A DNA stretch of 63,695 nt, counting the filler, from Reticulomyxa filosa (taxonomy: Eukaryota > Protista > Foraminifera): NCBI GenBank assembly GCA_000512085.1. It is 8 parts of 8 records of this genome, joined end to end, with 100 filler letters (N's around TTAATTAATTAA, not from the genome) between each part and the next. Parts side by side here need not be neighbours in the genome. Positions count along the whole stretch, not along the records: positions 37,710 to 60,077 come from ASPP01009302.1; positions 60,178 to 61,193 come from ASPP01012232.1; positions 61,294 to 62,490 come from ASPP01043424.1; positions 62,591 to 63,695 come from ASPP01018139.1; 4 more parts are not named here. The stretch is one strand, 5' to 3'. Both the position numbers and the translations under genes were made by a program. The notes beneath the pieces were generated by a model. That model did not search any database. It was not told where the DNA came from and was given only the letters and a program-made list of their open reading frames with translations. Positions 51,101 through 63,588 of the stretch are shown in pieces; position 1 is the stretch's first letter; every line of letters begins with the position of its first letter.

Positions 51101-54100
51101 CTTGCGCTTTTAAATTTTCAATCAGCTCTTTATCTGTCATTCGTCGATGTGGCTTTAGTTTTGACGTTGTTGAGGGCATAACACCACTCTTGGACGCATC
51201 ATCTAAAGCACTAATATTTTCATTATGTTTAGAAGGCAAGATATCGGTTGCGTTTTGCAACCGAACTCTTTTGGTGGCAGGTGCCTAAATCACAACAATA
51301 TGAGCGCATACATATTTTTTGTTTTCCCTTTTGATATTGATGTCTCAAAAAGATACATGAAGATTATCAAGTTCTGCAGTGGCTATTGATCTCTTCTTAT
51401 CAGCGCTAATGTTTCCAATAGCGTCAGGTTTTTTTGATACTATTGAGTTGTCTTGAGATGAACTTGAGATTACATTTAAAGCTTGTTCGTCATCTTCGGC
51501 GTCTTCTTTAATTCTGTCTAATTCCAAAAACTGCGTTTTGTTGTGCAATGCAATTCGTGGATGGGTGTTACTCTTATTTATATTATTGATCTCAACCATT
51601 TTTGCAGGCATGTCCAATTTTTCTACTGGTTGTGTGGTTGTGCAAAGGATGCCACTACTCGGTTCCGTATTTTCATTCATTTGTCCAGACAAATTGGTTT
51701 TTATTTCCAAGTCTGCAAAACAAAAAAAGAAGCATGTCAGTAGTATAAATATTCCATTCTGCTGGAAAGAGTGAAATTGTCTCCAAAGTTTTATTCTTTT
51801 CATTTTAATTTTTTAACTGTTTGTGCTTTTTCTGGACTCTGATTGCTGTTGGAGATTATCTTGAGGTTGCATCTTCGAAGCAAATTGTGCATTCGCACTC
51901 TGATCTACGCAAGCAATGAAATAATGTAAATCAAATACAGTATCTATAATATAAAAAGCAGACAAGGAAACCTGGATTGTGTACTGTGACCAATTGCTTG
52001 TTGAGATCTCTAGGTCTATTCTGGGACAAATTCTGTTTATTTTGTTTTTTGATAACTTTTTTTGAAGAAATACCATACAAAAATAAACAAACAATTTGTT
52101 CTTTCACAGACCATGGAACCATTGTTGACATTGTCATTAGCACTATATCCACCTGAACATTGACATAATGTGAATTTGTTCTTCTGTTTGGAAAAAAAAA
52201 ATAATCCTTACTTCGGTTACCTTGAAACGCCAACTGAATTTTCTTCAATTCTTCTGCGCATATTTGGTCCGTCAGCGGTTCTTGCATTATCTCGGAGTAA
52301 TTCATCATGGAGTGCTGTGACAAACAGTCGCTATTCAACTGGCTAAGCATGTCATTGTTCTGATAATCTTTTGCTTGTGCTGGATTCTGACTGGCTAAGT
52401 TGTTTTTGGAATCTCGAACGCAAGTGGAGCTTGCATTGGAACAAATGCTATCTTCTTCCGATTCTTCACTGCGTTATGTTTTGTTTTTTTACTTTTTTTC
52501 TTAACAAAATCGGCAATGTCCACGTTTCCTTAGCTGTGGACAACGTTCACATCAAATTAGCATTTGCAATGTATTTGTTTACAGCAAACCTATCAAACAA
52601 AATGGTGTCGAATCTACTCCAATCATTTGCAAAAAACTGGGACGGTTTGAATTCATTGAGATCTGTTGCAATTATAGCTGTCGAGAACTCATTCGCACAA
52701 CTATTTGTACTTAGCATTAGGTGCACTGTGTCTGCAATTAATTGATATTTTGTTGCTATCACTCCATTTTCGTAAGAAATTCTCCCAGCAAATCTCTGAA
52801 TGGAATTAAAACTTCACTACCGCTTTGCAAAATAGAATTTGGAATGAAGTAATCATTTGGGAATAACTCGAATAACGACTTGATGATGTGATCGTAAGCG
52901 AGATAATTGGGTGCGTTTTCTTGGCATTTTTGCAGCCAATCATTTTCTTCTTCTGAAAGTGTTGTTATCCATCAGAGCAAGCCAAACAAATTCAGGTCAG
53001 TTTTATTAACATTGTAAAAAAAAGAGATCCAGACCTGTTAAACTAAGGTTCTTGAGTGAAAACGGTTGTGGTCCGCTTGAATCGTTCCAAAACAACTGAC
53101 ATTGACTTTCGTGCAGGTCTTCCGACTGTGTTCCTTTTGCTTCTAGTAGCTTGTGGGACGTTTGTGAAAACGAATGTATCATACTTTTGGAGATTTCTTC
53201 AGCATTCCAAGGACAGTCATCTGAATTTAAAAAAAAATAAAAATCTAAAGTGTAAAACGAAAAAATTTTTTCTCACTTTGTGGGGTGTTTTCGAATAATA
53301 CGTAGTCAATCATTGATTCTTGTGACTTTCTCCAATGTTGCAAAGCTTCAAGTTCTTCACATTCTAGTATTCGATCGACGGAAATACCTAACGGAAACCG
53401 TTCAAATTCGCTTGTATAATCAGCTATTTCATCGAATAGCATGTTCTCCCAGTAGTCGCTCCTGTATGTAGTATCATCTAACACTTTCAAAAAAAACTTA
53501 AAGAAGAAAATAAGTACTCCACTGTTCGTCCAAGTCCAGGATAAAATTGCTTGCGATTGCTGAGTCCAATGGCAGACATTGACAAAGCAAACCGACAAGC
53601 GATGTCCAAAGATTGAAGGTGCTGAGTTGAGGACTTGTTTTACGATGAGCCGATAGACGCAATAAATCAAAGCTTATGGCGTCAATAGTGTCAGAAGGGA
53701 TCCAAAATAATTCGTTGTCATCGAATAGAGTCGATGGAATTTCAAACTCACATATATCACATATTCTTCGTTTTGGTGCTGTTGCTTTGACCTCTCTTCC
53801 TTCAAGGGAAAAGAACCTTTTCAGTGAATATTTGCAAATACCAACAGCCATTTATTTTTCAAAAGGTGAAAGTGAATTTTTGAAAATACATAACTTTGTG
53901 TGGTACATTGTCAATTCTCTGCTGAAGGTGTTTGAATAATAGGAAAGCATCGAGAATTCATTCGTGCTGAATGATAGAGCAGTTTTTTGGGCTTGTGCAA
54001 CTGAGACAATTATTTGAAAAGCGTCCTTCCACTCGGCCTTCCAAAACCGAGCACTTTCAAAAGGAATTTCGGGTAATGCATAAAATTTTAGCTCAATCTG

Positions 54101-54115
54101 GTCTGTTGAGGTCAT
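48137..54115 (-). CDS. SHOC1: SHOC1/Zip2-like XPF-fold meiotic crossover protein, large multi-exon gene
   Basis: C-terminal IVLFKRALTAETLIISPNTCVIL...VFRCYYQYVNCHVLL (inactive XPF-like) and TEFETNDEVFLCAFPSINVFVAQMILQR (SHOC1 HhH motif FLxxFPsiNplxAqxiL). A long poorly conserved N-terminus. Not every exon junction was resolved. Confidence 0.68.
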
Positions 54116-54465
54116 GACTTTCTTTACAAGGCGGAGCCTCCAGGATTAAAATACATTTAGGGGATATCCCCAGTTTTTTAAAAAAAGTAGGAATGAGCTA
54201 CTTGTTTATTGTATTATTCTTTTTGCTGTTCCATTGAAAAGTTTGCATATTTTTAATTGGTAGATTAAAGATAATAGACCCAACAAAACCAAGGACGATA
54301 TGTTTTTGAAAGTAGCAGCAATTAAAAGAGAGGAACAACATAAACTACTTCGAATGGATACATAGTGAAGGTTTGTTTTCTTGCAACCACTGGCGTCAGT
54401 ACTTCCTTTCTGTCGAAAACGCAAACGGGAGCTCTAGCAACAATTATTCAAGGCATAATCGAAAA

Positions 54466-56712
54466 ATGGAGGAAGCAGATAAAATCATAATTCCAATTCT
54501 GAAGTCTGCAGGTTGTAAACTTGATGATTCCATCAGGTCCATGTCACAATTTACAGCACCTTTGGTCGTGCACTGCTGTGCTACGTGTTTGAACGCAATG
54601 GACAGTAGCAACAGTATTCCAACTGAGCTTCCAAAGCATAGTAAAACGCAACAATTTGGAGTAGGCAACACAATAAAAATGGCCTGCATAAAGTTGGGTT
54701 ACCCTTATCCCAACGATATTGGTTATGAAACATTTATATATCCAAACGAACAAGACACCCGCAAAATATTGCGTTGGTTGGTAGAAAAGCTGCAAAAGCA
54801 CAGCAAGAGCAACGCAACGGGCGAGACCAAAGGCGACACTATGAATTTGGACGAAGATGAACAAGAAATGTTGGGAGGGAGAAAGTGGTTGGACAAACAA
54901 ATTTTGGAAAATTTGAAACAGTGGACCCAGTCCCCGTATTCTTTCCTCACCAAACCGCAAATGAAGTGTGCATTCAAATCGGTGCCCATTTTTTTCCCAC
55001 TCAAAAGTGGGCCGCTTATCAGTTTCAAGCCTCAAGCCCTTTTTCTTTAGTAACGGGGGTTATACGCCACATATAAAACGCACCTGAACTTTTTTTAGAG
55101 GAGAATAAAAAGAGTAACACCACGATAAAAAAACACTTTTTATGTATATACATGCATATGCATATGCATATGCATATGCACACAGCTCAATACAATATTT
55201 TCAATACACACAAACAATGTATATACAAAAGAGAAAGAAGAACATTATTGGACGAATGATCTGCCATGGATCTCTCAACAACTGAACAATGACGATGAGT
55301 TGATTCCATCAATACTGACACTGAATCACCGACAATATTTGGAATCCAGTGTGGGAGTGAACAAGAGCAAAACGAGGAGAATGGAGGTGAAGGATTGGAT
55401 GGAGGGGGACATCATCATAATGCAATTGATTGGAAAAAGCTGATTGGAGAAAGCATCAAACAGGAATTGAGTCAATTCAAACGGAAGATCGCCACTGTTC
55501 CAAACGCTGGCATACACCACGGCACCAGCCTTTCGAGAGCAGTTACATTCACGCAAGCCCCGAAGACAGTGAAACCGTATGATACATTATATATACATAT
55601 ATGAATGTGATGAAAGTATGCATATGATAATGTCCTTCTTAACAGGGGCGGCAAAGTGGAAAAAGATGAAACAGAGGAAGAAGTGGAAAAGCGTCGCAAT
55701 GAGGAATTGGATGAATTGCGATCGAAAATCCAGGATTTGGAAGCAAAATTGAAAGCAATGGAAGAAGAAATTAAAAAAGAGAAACAAAGAAAAGAGGAAT
55801 TGGAGAAGACGATCGAACAGGAGAAAAAACAAAATGAACAATTGCAGGAAGAGTTAAACACGAAGGAGAAAGTCCATCAATTGATCGGTGGAAGTGCCGA
55901 CGAAAATATCAAGAAATTGGAAGAAATTGTAAAGAAACAACGCGATAAATTGAAAAACGCTGTCGATCAGTGGGAAAATCGCAAACAGTTGTGGACAGAC
56001 GAATATCGCTCCAAGAAGACATCCATGGAACGTCGTGAAAAAAGCTGCAATGATTTGTTGGAAGAATTGAAACTTATGCGCAAAGAAATGAAACAATGTG
56101 CCAAAGAAATCCGCGAAAAAGAAGACATGTTAGAAAAAGTCGTTGCACGCTTGAATAAGTTGCCAAAGACATTTGACCGTCAAGCTTATGTTGACCGCAT
56201 TTTAAATGTCGTCGCTAATTTAGAAACACAGAATAGACAGATCAAACAAGTTTTGCTTTTTTAAAAAAGGGGAGAAAAAATCATTGTTTTATTGCGCATT
56301 TACGCTACTTTTTTTTTGTTAACAGGCTTTAGAAGATATACATGAACTCCAAAGAGAAACCAACAAAGTGACAGAAAAGTCAAAGCGGGCATTCAATATT
56401 TGCGATGATATGATATTCCAAGCCGCTCAAAATGCAATGGAAGAAAACGCAAAAAAACAATTGAATAAATGCTATAGAAATGTTGTCGCTATTCGAGAGC
56501 AGTTCGATAAAATTGTCGAAACCACAAAAAAAACGTCCAATATCCAAAATGAAATCCGAGATTTGCAATCTCAATTGCAAGCCTTGCAAAGTAAAGTGGA
56601 AACATTGGATATTGAAAAAGTTAAGCAAGATGCCAAAGAAGTGGCTGACGAAAATGAAGAACTAACGAAAAAATTGAAAACTCTAAAAAAACAACTCAAA
56701 AGCTTAAACTAA
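54466..56712 (+). CDS. CCDC22: Coiled-coil domain-containing protein 22 (Commander/CCC complex)
   Basis: MEEADKIIIPILKSAGC..SMSQFT..LGYPYPNDIGYETFIYPNEQDTRKILRWLVEKL (NN-CH domain), then coiled coil with QWENRK and RQAYVDRILNVVANL. Confidence 0.93.
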
Positions 56713-57038
56713 TCTAAAAGCTAACAGCTTTTGTTTAATTAATTACTTTTTTTTGGGTGATTATTTTTGCTCACTAAATTTTCTAAATAATCTTCTTAAA
56801 TAATTGAACTATAATGAATTGTCAAACATTCTTTTGATAATCGAAATTTTTTTCTTGAGCAAGGTGCAAAAACAAGATTCATTTTTGGCAAGCGTTATTT
56901 ATTTATTATTTAACTTCAAAAATATTCCCCAAAAAAAAAAACAATGTCAGACACCCAAACAAAATTTGTTCAATCACACAACTAAAAAAGGCTGTTGGAT
57001 CTACTGAGTTTCAAAGCGCAATAAATTTCTTGTTCCCG

Positions 57039-57212
57039 TTAGTGATGATCACCACGATGGCCATAGGTTGGATACTGCTGGTGATGTTGGTAAGTGGTTG
57101 GTTGGTGGTGGGCAACTGGGACGTAGCCGTGACCGGTGGTGTACGTTTGTTGATGGGTATTGTATTGTCCATGGTGGCTAGGAGGTTGATGATGGCCAAA
57201 ACAGCAGCCCAT
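57039..57212 (-). CDS. 57-aa His/Gln/Tyr-rich microprotein with an MGCC lipidation signal (below the ORF-track cutoff)
   Basis: MGCCFGHHQPPSHHGQYNTHQQTYTTGHGYVPVAHHQPTTYQHHQQYPTYGHRGDHH*. A GC-richer island exactly spans ATG to stop inside AT-rich DNA. Confidence 0.68.
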   Translation of the reverse strand: MGCCFGHHQPPSHHGQYNTHQQTYTTGHGYVPVAHHQPTTYQHHQQYPTYGHRGDHH

Positions 57213-58218
57213 TTCGTGCGGATGTGATTGTTCTAGCTAAAAAAAGACAGCGCACAAGGGACTACCCAAACTCTAGCTGTTGAGTTGTACGTTACAGTGA
57301 CCGTTGAAACGTTAATTTTCCAATAGTTATCCCAAAACAGATGTTGACATTTTTTTGGATTTCTTTACAAAAAAACTTACAACTATGTACACTGGACAAG
57401 TTATCCGTTACACAGTTGCAAATTCGTAGTACTATCCGAGGTAGTACCAACAATAAATGTTGCTTTATGCTCACATTCTCCTTTTACTTTTGTTTCTTGT
57501 TTTATAAAAATTTTTTGTGGTGAATATATCCCAAAAAATTATTCAAAATAATGTACTGTTCATCTGGTTGTAAAATAAACAACTTTTTAGGCAAGATCTC
57601 TTCGAAATTTGAAAATAAAGGGAGTTCTGAGGTTCACTTGGATTTCTGATAATGGTAGTACTACACGTACTACATAAGTACAACAAACGTAGGGACATGT
57701 ATTTTCAGTTTTGTAAAAGCGTATTTTTTGTTGATTGGTCTCAAAAACTGCTAAAAAAAAACTGAAGCTTTTGTCATATGTTCAAGCGGACAGAAAAAAA
57801 GCCACAAAAATAACAATAAACTCTTGGCACAACGAAATACCACACGGGATCCTTTTTAAAAGCGCTTGAACAAGAAATACCCTTTTTTCCATAGTCTGTT
57901 TTAGAAACACGATATCAATCAAACCTTTACTCTGATCAATATCTCTAGCAAGCCAATTAATACTATTGGTCCAAACCAAAATTAAAGAAAAAGAATGAAC
58001 AAATCAAAGACATAAAAAAAATTTTAATAAAATTATGTACATTAAAAAAAATTAAGTTTATTTTTCATGGAGAAAATTGATCACTAATAATAGATAAATT
58101 ATATCATAACACTTACAATGATGAGGCACCTTACACTTTGTACTTATATACATTGAATTTATTTTTTTTAAGTGTCATATTGTTATTTTATTTTATTAAA
58201 ATCGTAATTATGGGTATC

Positions 58219-58560
58219 TTGTTCTAGCTAAAAAGAGCAATTGTCACAAAGGGAACACGGTACTTTAAAAGAAAAAGACAAAGGAAAAGATAACAAAAAC
58301 TTGTGGAAAATTCACACAATGACAACAAAAAGTGGAAAAGAATAAATTTTAAGGCTTAATTAAACTTCAAAACATAAAAAAACAAATTAAGTCCAAGATC
58401 ACTCAAATGTTGTGAAAACAAGTTTGGCTATTCACTATGGATAGTAAGTGCGGATTAATAGCGTTGTTAAACTGAATAATCTGAGTTATTGTTTTGACGT
58501 GCTGAAGAATAATAAAATATTGAGATTCGATCAACTTATTTTGACAAATTAAAGAGATAA
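58219..58560 (-). mobile_element. Older diverged copy of the retroelement 3' end seen at 629 and 59814
   Basis: caaagggaacacggtact..aaaggaaaagat..cacacaat and gaaaacaagtttggctattcactatgg match 59852-60060 in the same order. Confidence 0.55.
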
Positions 58561-59149
58561 AAAAAGATTTAAGCTTATTATCATCAAAAAGGGTTTGTGA
58601 AGTTATTGGATTGATGTTGTTGCTTATTTAGCAGCAAAGTAGCTAAATTTTGTTTGATATTTTTGATTATAAAAATTTTTTAAAAACTTTTCACAACAAG
58701 CTTGCACGTACAGTATTGTCAATTACACAAAACAAACAAATGTTCAGCATTGATAGAATAGTTTTTTTTTTTTTTGCTTGCTAGCATTGGTTGCTGGCAT
58801 CGGAAGGGTTTTTTCTTTTTTTTATTTACAAGAATTTTCGTCAATATTCTGACTTAAAAACTTTTTCAACTAGTAAAATTTTTTTTAGTGGAGAATGTCG
58901 AACATCGCTTAGACCAAAGAGTGTATGAAGCCTTTAAAAAACTGTCAATTTAAAGGCAAACTCTGTTTTGCCCGATTTTCACTATATATTACCCGACCCT
59001 CGTAGTTCTGCCAAACAGAAAAAATCAGTAACACACTAGCTGATAACAAGGCTTGTGAAGGCGATAGGACGGACTAGGCAAGGTGTTTTTACCATAATAT
59101 GATATACTGTAAGCCATGTTACGACAAAATACAATACATGAAATTAGCT

Positions 59150-59813
59150 AAATTATACAATTTAATGGTAAGTCAGATTATGGAATAGTAAATATTATTT
59201 ACCAGCTTAATTCTATTGAATTACGACGAAGATAAGAAGAGGTGAAGTGTATCACAAGTGCATTAGATAATTATGTCGATTCAATGGTCATAATATTGTA
59301 TTAAATACAAGATTTGGAATAAATCAAGAACAAAGACTCATTTGAATTATATATCACGGATTGGTAAATTATTGACATTATCCAGTGGATGTATACATGA
59401 AGCTGATGCTGGAGTGCTAACAATTGAACTAGATTCAAATATAATCAAAAATATTCAACCAATGCAAATTGCAATAATGCCACAATCAAATAAATCACAT
59501 TTTGCGATCTTCAATGGGCCAACATAAGATGAAATTTTGTTATCGTTGGACTTTGATTGCATTGTGATATTTTGTGATGGAAGCACATTTACAAATCTGG
59601 AATTGGATGTGCATGACTTGTTATTTAAGATCTATATTTGCCACAATGGCTGGAATTGGAATATTCAATCAATAGCATTACGACAAACAATGATCAGGAA
59701 TTGAAGCAATGAGACTTGCATTGGAATATGTTAGTAATCATTACAGATCAAATTATGGAAGGATGATTATTCTAACTGATTGCAAGTTCGTGATTAATTC
59801 AATATTCAACAAA
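59150..59813 (+). mobile_element. Degenerate LINE ORF2 C-terminal part with RNase H domain
   Basis: LNSIELRRR*EEVK (post-RT region), then IVIFCDGSTF..GIGCA, ITTNNDQEL/EAMRLALEY and IILTDCKFVINSI, giving the D-E-D catalytic pattern of RNase H. Frameshifted. Confidence 0.78.
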
Positions 59814-60077
59814 TTTTTTTTTTTTTTTGCTGAAAGTTGAGTTGCCTCGCCCCAAAAGGAACACAGTACTCAAATAAAAACAAAAGCAAAGGAAAAGATC
59901 TACAAAATTGTTAAAACTCACTCACAATCAACACAACAAGCAAAAATATCAATTTAAAGTCTTAATTAAATTTAAAATATCAAAAGAGCAAAGTAAACTT
60001 CAAAAGTTAAAGGTTGAGATCAATCGACGGTTATGAAAACAATTTGGCTCTTCCCTGTGGAGGTCAGGGGGAATTAT
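59814..60077 (-). mobile_element. Poly(A)-tailed retroelement 3' end (copy 3), interrupting the RNase H relic
   Basis: T15 (59814-59828) then cctcgccccaaaaggaacacagtactcaaataaaaacaaa, matching 677-720. Confidence 0.72.
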
Positions 60078-60177
60078 NNNNNNNNNNNNNNNNNNNNNNN
60101 NNNNNNNNNNNNNNNNNNNNNTTAATTAATTAANNNNNNNNNNNNNNNNNNNNNNNNNNNNNNNNNNNNNNNNNNNN
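60078..60177. other. Artificial contig spacer
   Basis: N44-TTAATTAATTAA-N44. Confidence 0.98.
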
Positions 60178-60270
60178 TTTGTTGGCAATTTGCAAACGAT
60201 TCACACATGGTTTAGTAAGAGTGTTGAATTTTTTTTTTTTATGAAAAAGTAAATAAATAAATAATAACAG

Positions 60271-61193
60271 AATGGAGTGGAGAACGACATTTCCGAATAT
60301 GTTGGAAAAAATCCCCCGAAAAACGAAGAGGGAGTGAAAGTGTCCAAAGGGGAATGGTCGTGTCCAGAGTGCACATATGAGAATGGAGAACACGACGACA
60401 AGTGTATAATGTGCAGCGCATCCAATCCCAACATCAATGCACCCGTCAACCAACAAAAGCCGCCACTTAGTGCGAACAGTTCCAATTCCAGTTCTAATTC
60501 CAGTTCCAAAGCCAAGGCAAAAGTGAATGTCCTTCGCCAAAGTGAAGACGTGCAAGATGAGCGGCCACAAAGACAAGAAGAAGGCAATTCTGGAGGTATT
60601 GTGTGAACATATGACACACATAATTTAAAATTCAAATATATATATATATATATAAAAGGTAATTATAACATAATCCAACAAATGATGGCCGACGAGAATG
60701 CAAAGAAAGTACGAATGGAAGAGGTGAAGCATTTGAAGGCGCTGAAAGAACGCGAGGAGCAATTGGAACGTGAGAAGGCAGCGTTGGAGAAGGAGCTGCA
60801 AAGAGAGCGTGCAGAGAAGGAGCGTTTGAAGCGTGAGCAGCAATACAAAAGTGACAATGACGACGAAAGCGTCGCTCAAGAGAGAGAGGGACTCCCTGTC
60901 GATAAGGAGGCTATTCGCAAGCAGTCGTCCTCTTCCAGCGGAGGAGGAGGAGGAGGAGGAGGAGGTGGGAATGGAAGTCGTCCACCTATGAGTCGTCGTT
61001 CGTGGAGATGTCCAATATGTACATTGATGAATGATCCCGCCGCGTCGCGTTGCGCCGCATGCGACACGCCTCGGTCGTCAAGTGGATTTGGCATGATGAT
61101 GATGGATCACGAAGATGGGGGTAGTAGTCAAAATGGAGATAATGACTACCAAAAGGACCTTATGGACAATAATAATAATAATAATAATAATAA
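60271..61193 (+). CDS. RanBP2-type zinc-finger protein, internal fragment (two fingers, coiled coil, poly-Gly/Asn)
   Basis: WSCPECTYEN..DKCIMC and WRCPICTLMNDPAASRCAAC (W-x-C-x2-C-x3-N-x6-C-x2-C). Intron about 60596-60658. Confidence 0.85.
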
Positions 61194-61293
61194 NNNNNNN
61201 NNNNNNNNNNNNNNNNNNNNNNNNNNNNNNNNNNNNNTTAATTAATTAANNNNNNNNNNNNNNNNNNNNNNNNNNNNNNNNNNNNNNNNNNNN
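61194..61293. other. Artificial contig spacer
   Basis: N44-TTAATTAATTAA-N44. Confidence 0.98.
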
Positions 61294-62470
61294 TTCTCCC
61301 TTTTCTTTGGTAGTGCAATTGAAGCGAACCAATTTCCAATGAGAAAGCGCATACAAAAGACGGATGGCCGCGCCAATGCCCATGTCATCGACTCCGCAGT
61401 TTCCATTGGGATGAGCGAGCAGTGTATCCAAGGCCTTGCGGAACACGTGATCTGTGAGAAGACAAGCTTGGACATGTGCGGCCACAATGGCGGCCATGTC
61501 GGCCACAGTCAAGTGACTCCACTCTTTCGACAGGACGTCGCAATGCTGACTGTAATGAACAGGAGAGAGCTCGTGCAATTGACAGGCCAAGGCATTGGTG
61601 TGTATTTTGGGAAGCAGATTCCACAGCTGTTGTTGCTGCGTCATCTCTTCGAATACCAGACAAAGACAGAACAGATGCTGCAATGCCTTTGTCATCGACG
61701 GACGTTCCAACGAAGTGGTAAACACGTGTTTGGAAATGCCGGTCATTGGATACACATCTCCTCGCAGCTCGTCGCCCAGCAGTTTTAACACAAAAGGGGC
61801 ACTCTTCCACGATAGATGACGTTGAAACGCTCTCAACAAATTCATTTTCGTAAACATGTTGGCACCCGCGCCAAACAATGACCAAATGTACGAGTCTCGT
61901 TCTTGATTCGAGTTCCATGCGTTTGGAAAAGGCACGGCTTCGTAGAAAATGCTTTCGCTGGTGCTCTTCTTTGCTCGCGACAAATGCGGACGTCTGCACG
62001 CTGGCGCTATTGTTATTGCCGTTACCATTGGTATTGCCATTGTCGGCGCTGACAGACAAAAACAACCTCTTTGGACTCTACCAAATCCATTGCTCTCGGT
62101 TCGACTGGTTGTTGGCCACAAACAGAGACACCGGCACCGCTTGGGCAGTGAACAATGCCTTCACGTCGTCAATGGAACACGGTCCCAACTTGGAGGACAC
62201 TGTTGAGGTACTTTGATGCTGTAAGCATGTTTGAATACCTTTATAACAATCAAAGGGATCCACTAAATTCGCAGTTTTCCACAAATATAACACATCACAT
62301 TCAAATACACCCAGGAAAAATCGCACCTCTTCTTTACCATTGCGCTCCACTTTGTACCAACACACACGTCCAGTTCGATCCATGTTCACTTTCACCGTTC
62401 CTTTCGTTCCACACCAGTAGTCCAATGCAACGTCTGATGTTTTTTTGGTTTTGCCAAACACAAACGGTTT
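61294..62470 (-). pseudogene. Unknown coding fragment with frame changes
   Basis: ORF 62078-62461 ends in a stop and protein-like sequence continues in other frames (61385-62065, 61246-62121) with no AT-rich intron in between. Confidence 0.4.
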
Positions 62471-62490
62471 GTCATTGACATTAACATTAA

Positions 62491-62590
62491 NNNNNNNNNN
62501 NNNNNNNNNNNNNNNNNNNNNNNNNNNNNNNNNNTTAATTAATTAANNNNNNNNNNNNNNNNNNNNNNNNNNNNNNNNNNNNNNNNNNNN
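62491..62590. other. Artificial contig spacer
   Basis: N44-TTAATTAATTAA-N44. Confidence 0.98.
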
Positions 62591-62850
62591 TAATTTTGTT
62601 ATTACTTGATTTAAAATGTAACTGTCTTTTGCTATACACCAATTTTAAGCACAAGTTATTTATACGATAATGATAATAATACAAAAAAAGTCTTTCCTTT
62701 TGCTTTTATCTGTTATATTTTGTTGCACGTTAAAATTAACATTGAAAATGAACATGAATTTTTGAAATATTAAAATGAAATTGATCATCCATTTTGTGAA
62801 ATGTTTATACATTTTATACATACATCAAAACTGATTTGATGAATAAAAAA

Positions 62851-63588
62851 TTACATATTTTTGCTTTTATCCTTTTCATCTCTTGTCACTTGTATATATA
62901 CTGTCATTAATGACCTTGATTTTGTGCAAATCACATTCATACAATAAAGGATTGAACTTAGGTATTGATTTGTAATAAATTCAATATCTAAGTCACCACT
63001 TTTTGGTAAATTATTTCTTTCAACACCAATTATGCGTTTGTAGGGTACAATGAATTTACATATTACTTCCCAATATACTTGAATAATTGGATAATGAGGA
63101 AGATGTTTGTAAATATCATGTAATAATACATCTGAGTCATTCATTTTTTATGATATTTCTGACTTACTTTGTGTTCCATTTATAAAATGGTCTTCCTTGT
63201 TTGAAAGTGATTGAATATGGATTCAATGGCTCTTTGTGTGTTTTGTCATGACAATCTTTCCAAATGACATGGAAAGAGTTGAAATCCTTTATGTTTGAAA
63301 TGCAAGTGTAACAATTTAATAATTCAACAAGTAACAAATAATTGATAAAAATATTTGTATGTTTTTGCTCTCATCAACTGATATACAATTTAATAAATCA
63401 TATATAACTCCTATATCCATTGTGCGAAAGTGCCAAATATGATTGAGAATGAGACAAGCCCATTTGGCGTGTGTTTCATTAATATCAATATGATTATACC
63501 ATTGAATATGAACATTGAATTCCAATGACAACTTGTTTGAATTTCCAGCTGGTAATGATTTTATTTTTAATTTGTTTTCGTCAAATAA
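62851..63588 (-). pseudogene. Broken AT-rich hypothetical protein gene, abutted or interrupted by a MITE
   Basis: Protein-like pieces LFDENKLKIK..WACLILNHIWHFRT, FHVIWKD..EPLNPYSITFKQG, LLHDIYKHLPHYPIIQVYW and FNPLLYECDLHK in shifting frames. The ORF-track 'start' at 63603 lies inside the MITE. Confidence 0.55.

Noticed and set aside
57030-57227. Plus-strand 65-aa hydrophobic 'membrane protein' and the minus-strand 57011-57199 ORF
   Set aside because: They are antisense and alternative-frame shadows of the His/Gln-rich MGCC ORF and start at non-ATG codons.
27135-62590. Seven identical N-flanked TTAATTAATTAA palindromes as a biological repeat
   Set aside because: Fixed 44+12+44 layout with six-frame stops marks an artificial contig joiner. 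ORFs containing X runs and any cross-spacer gene clusters are artefacts.
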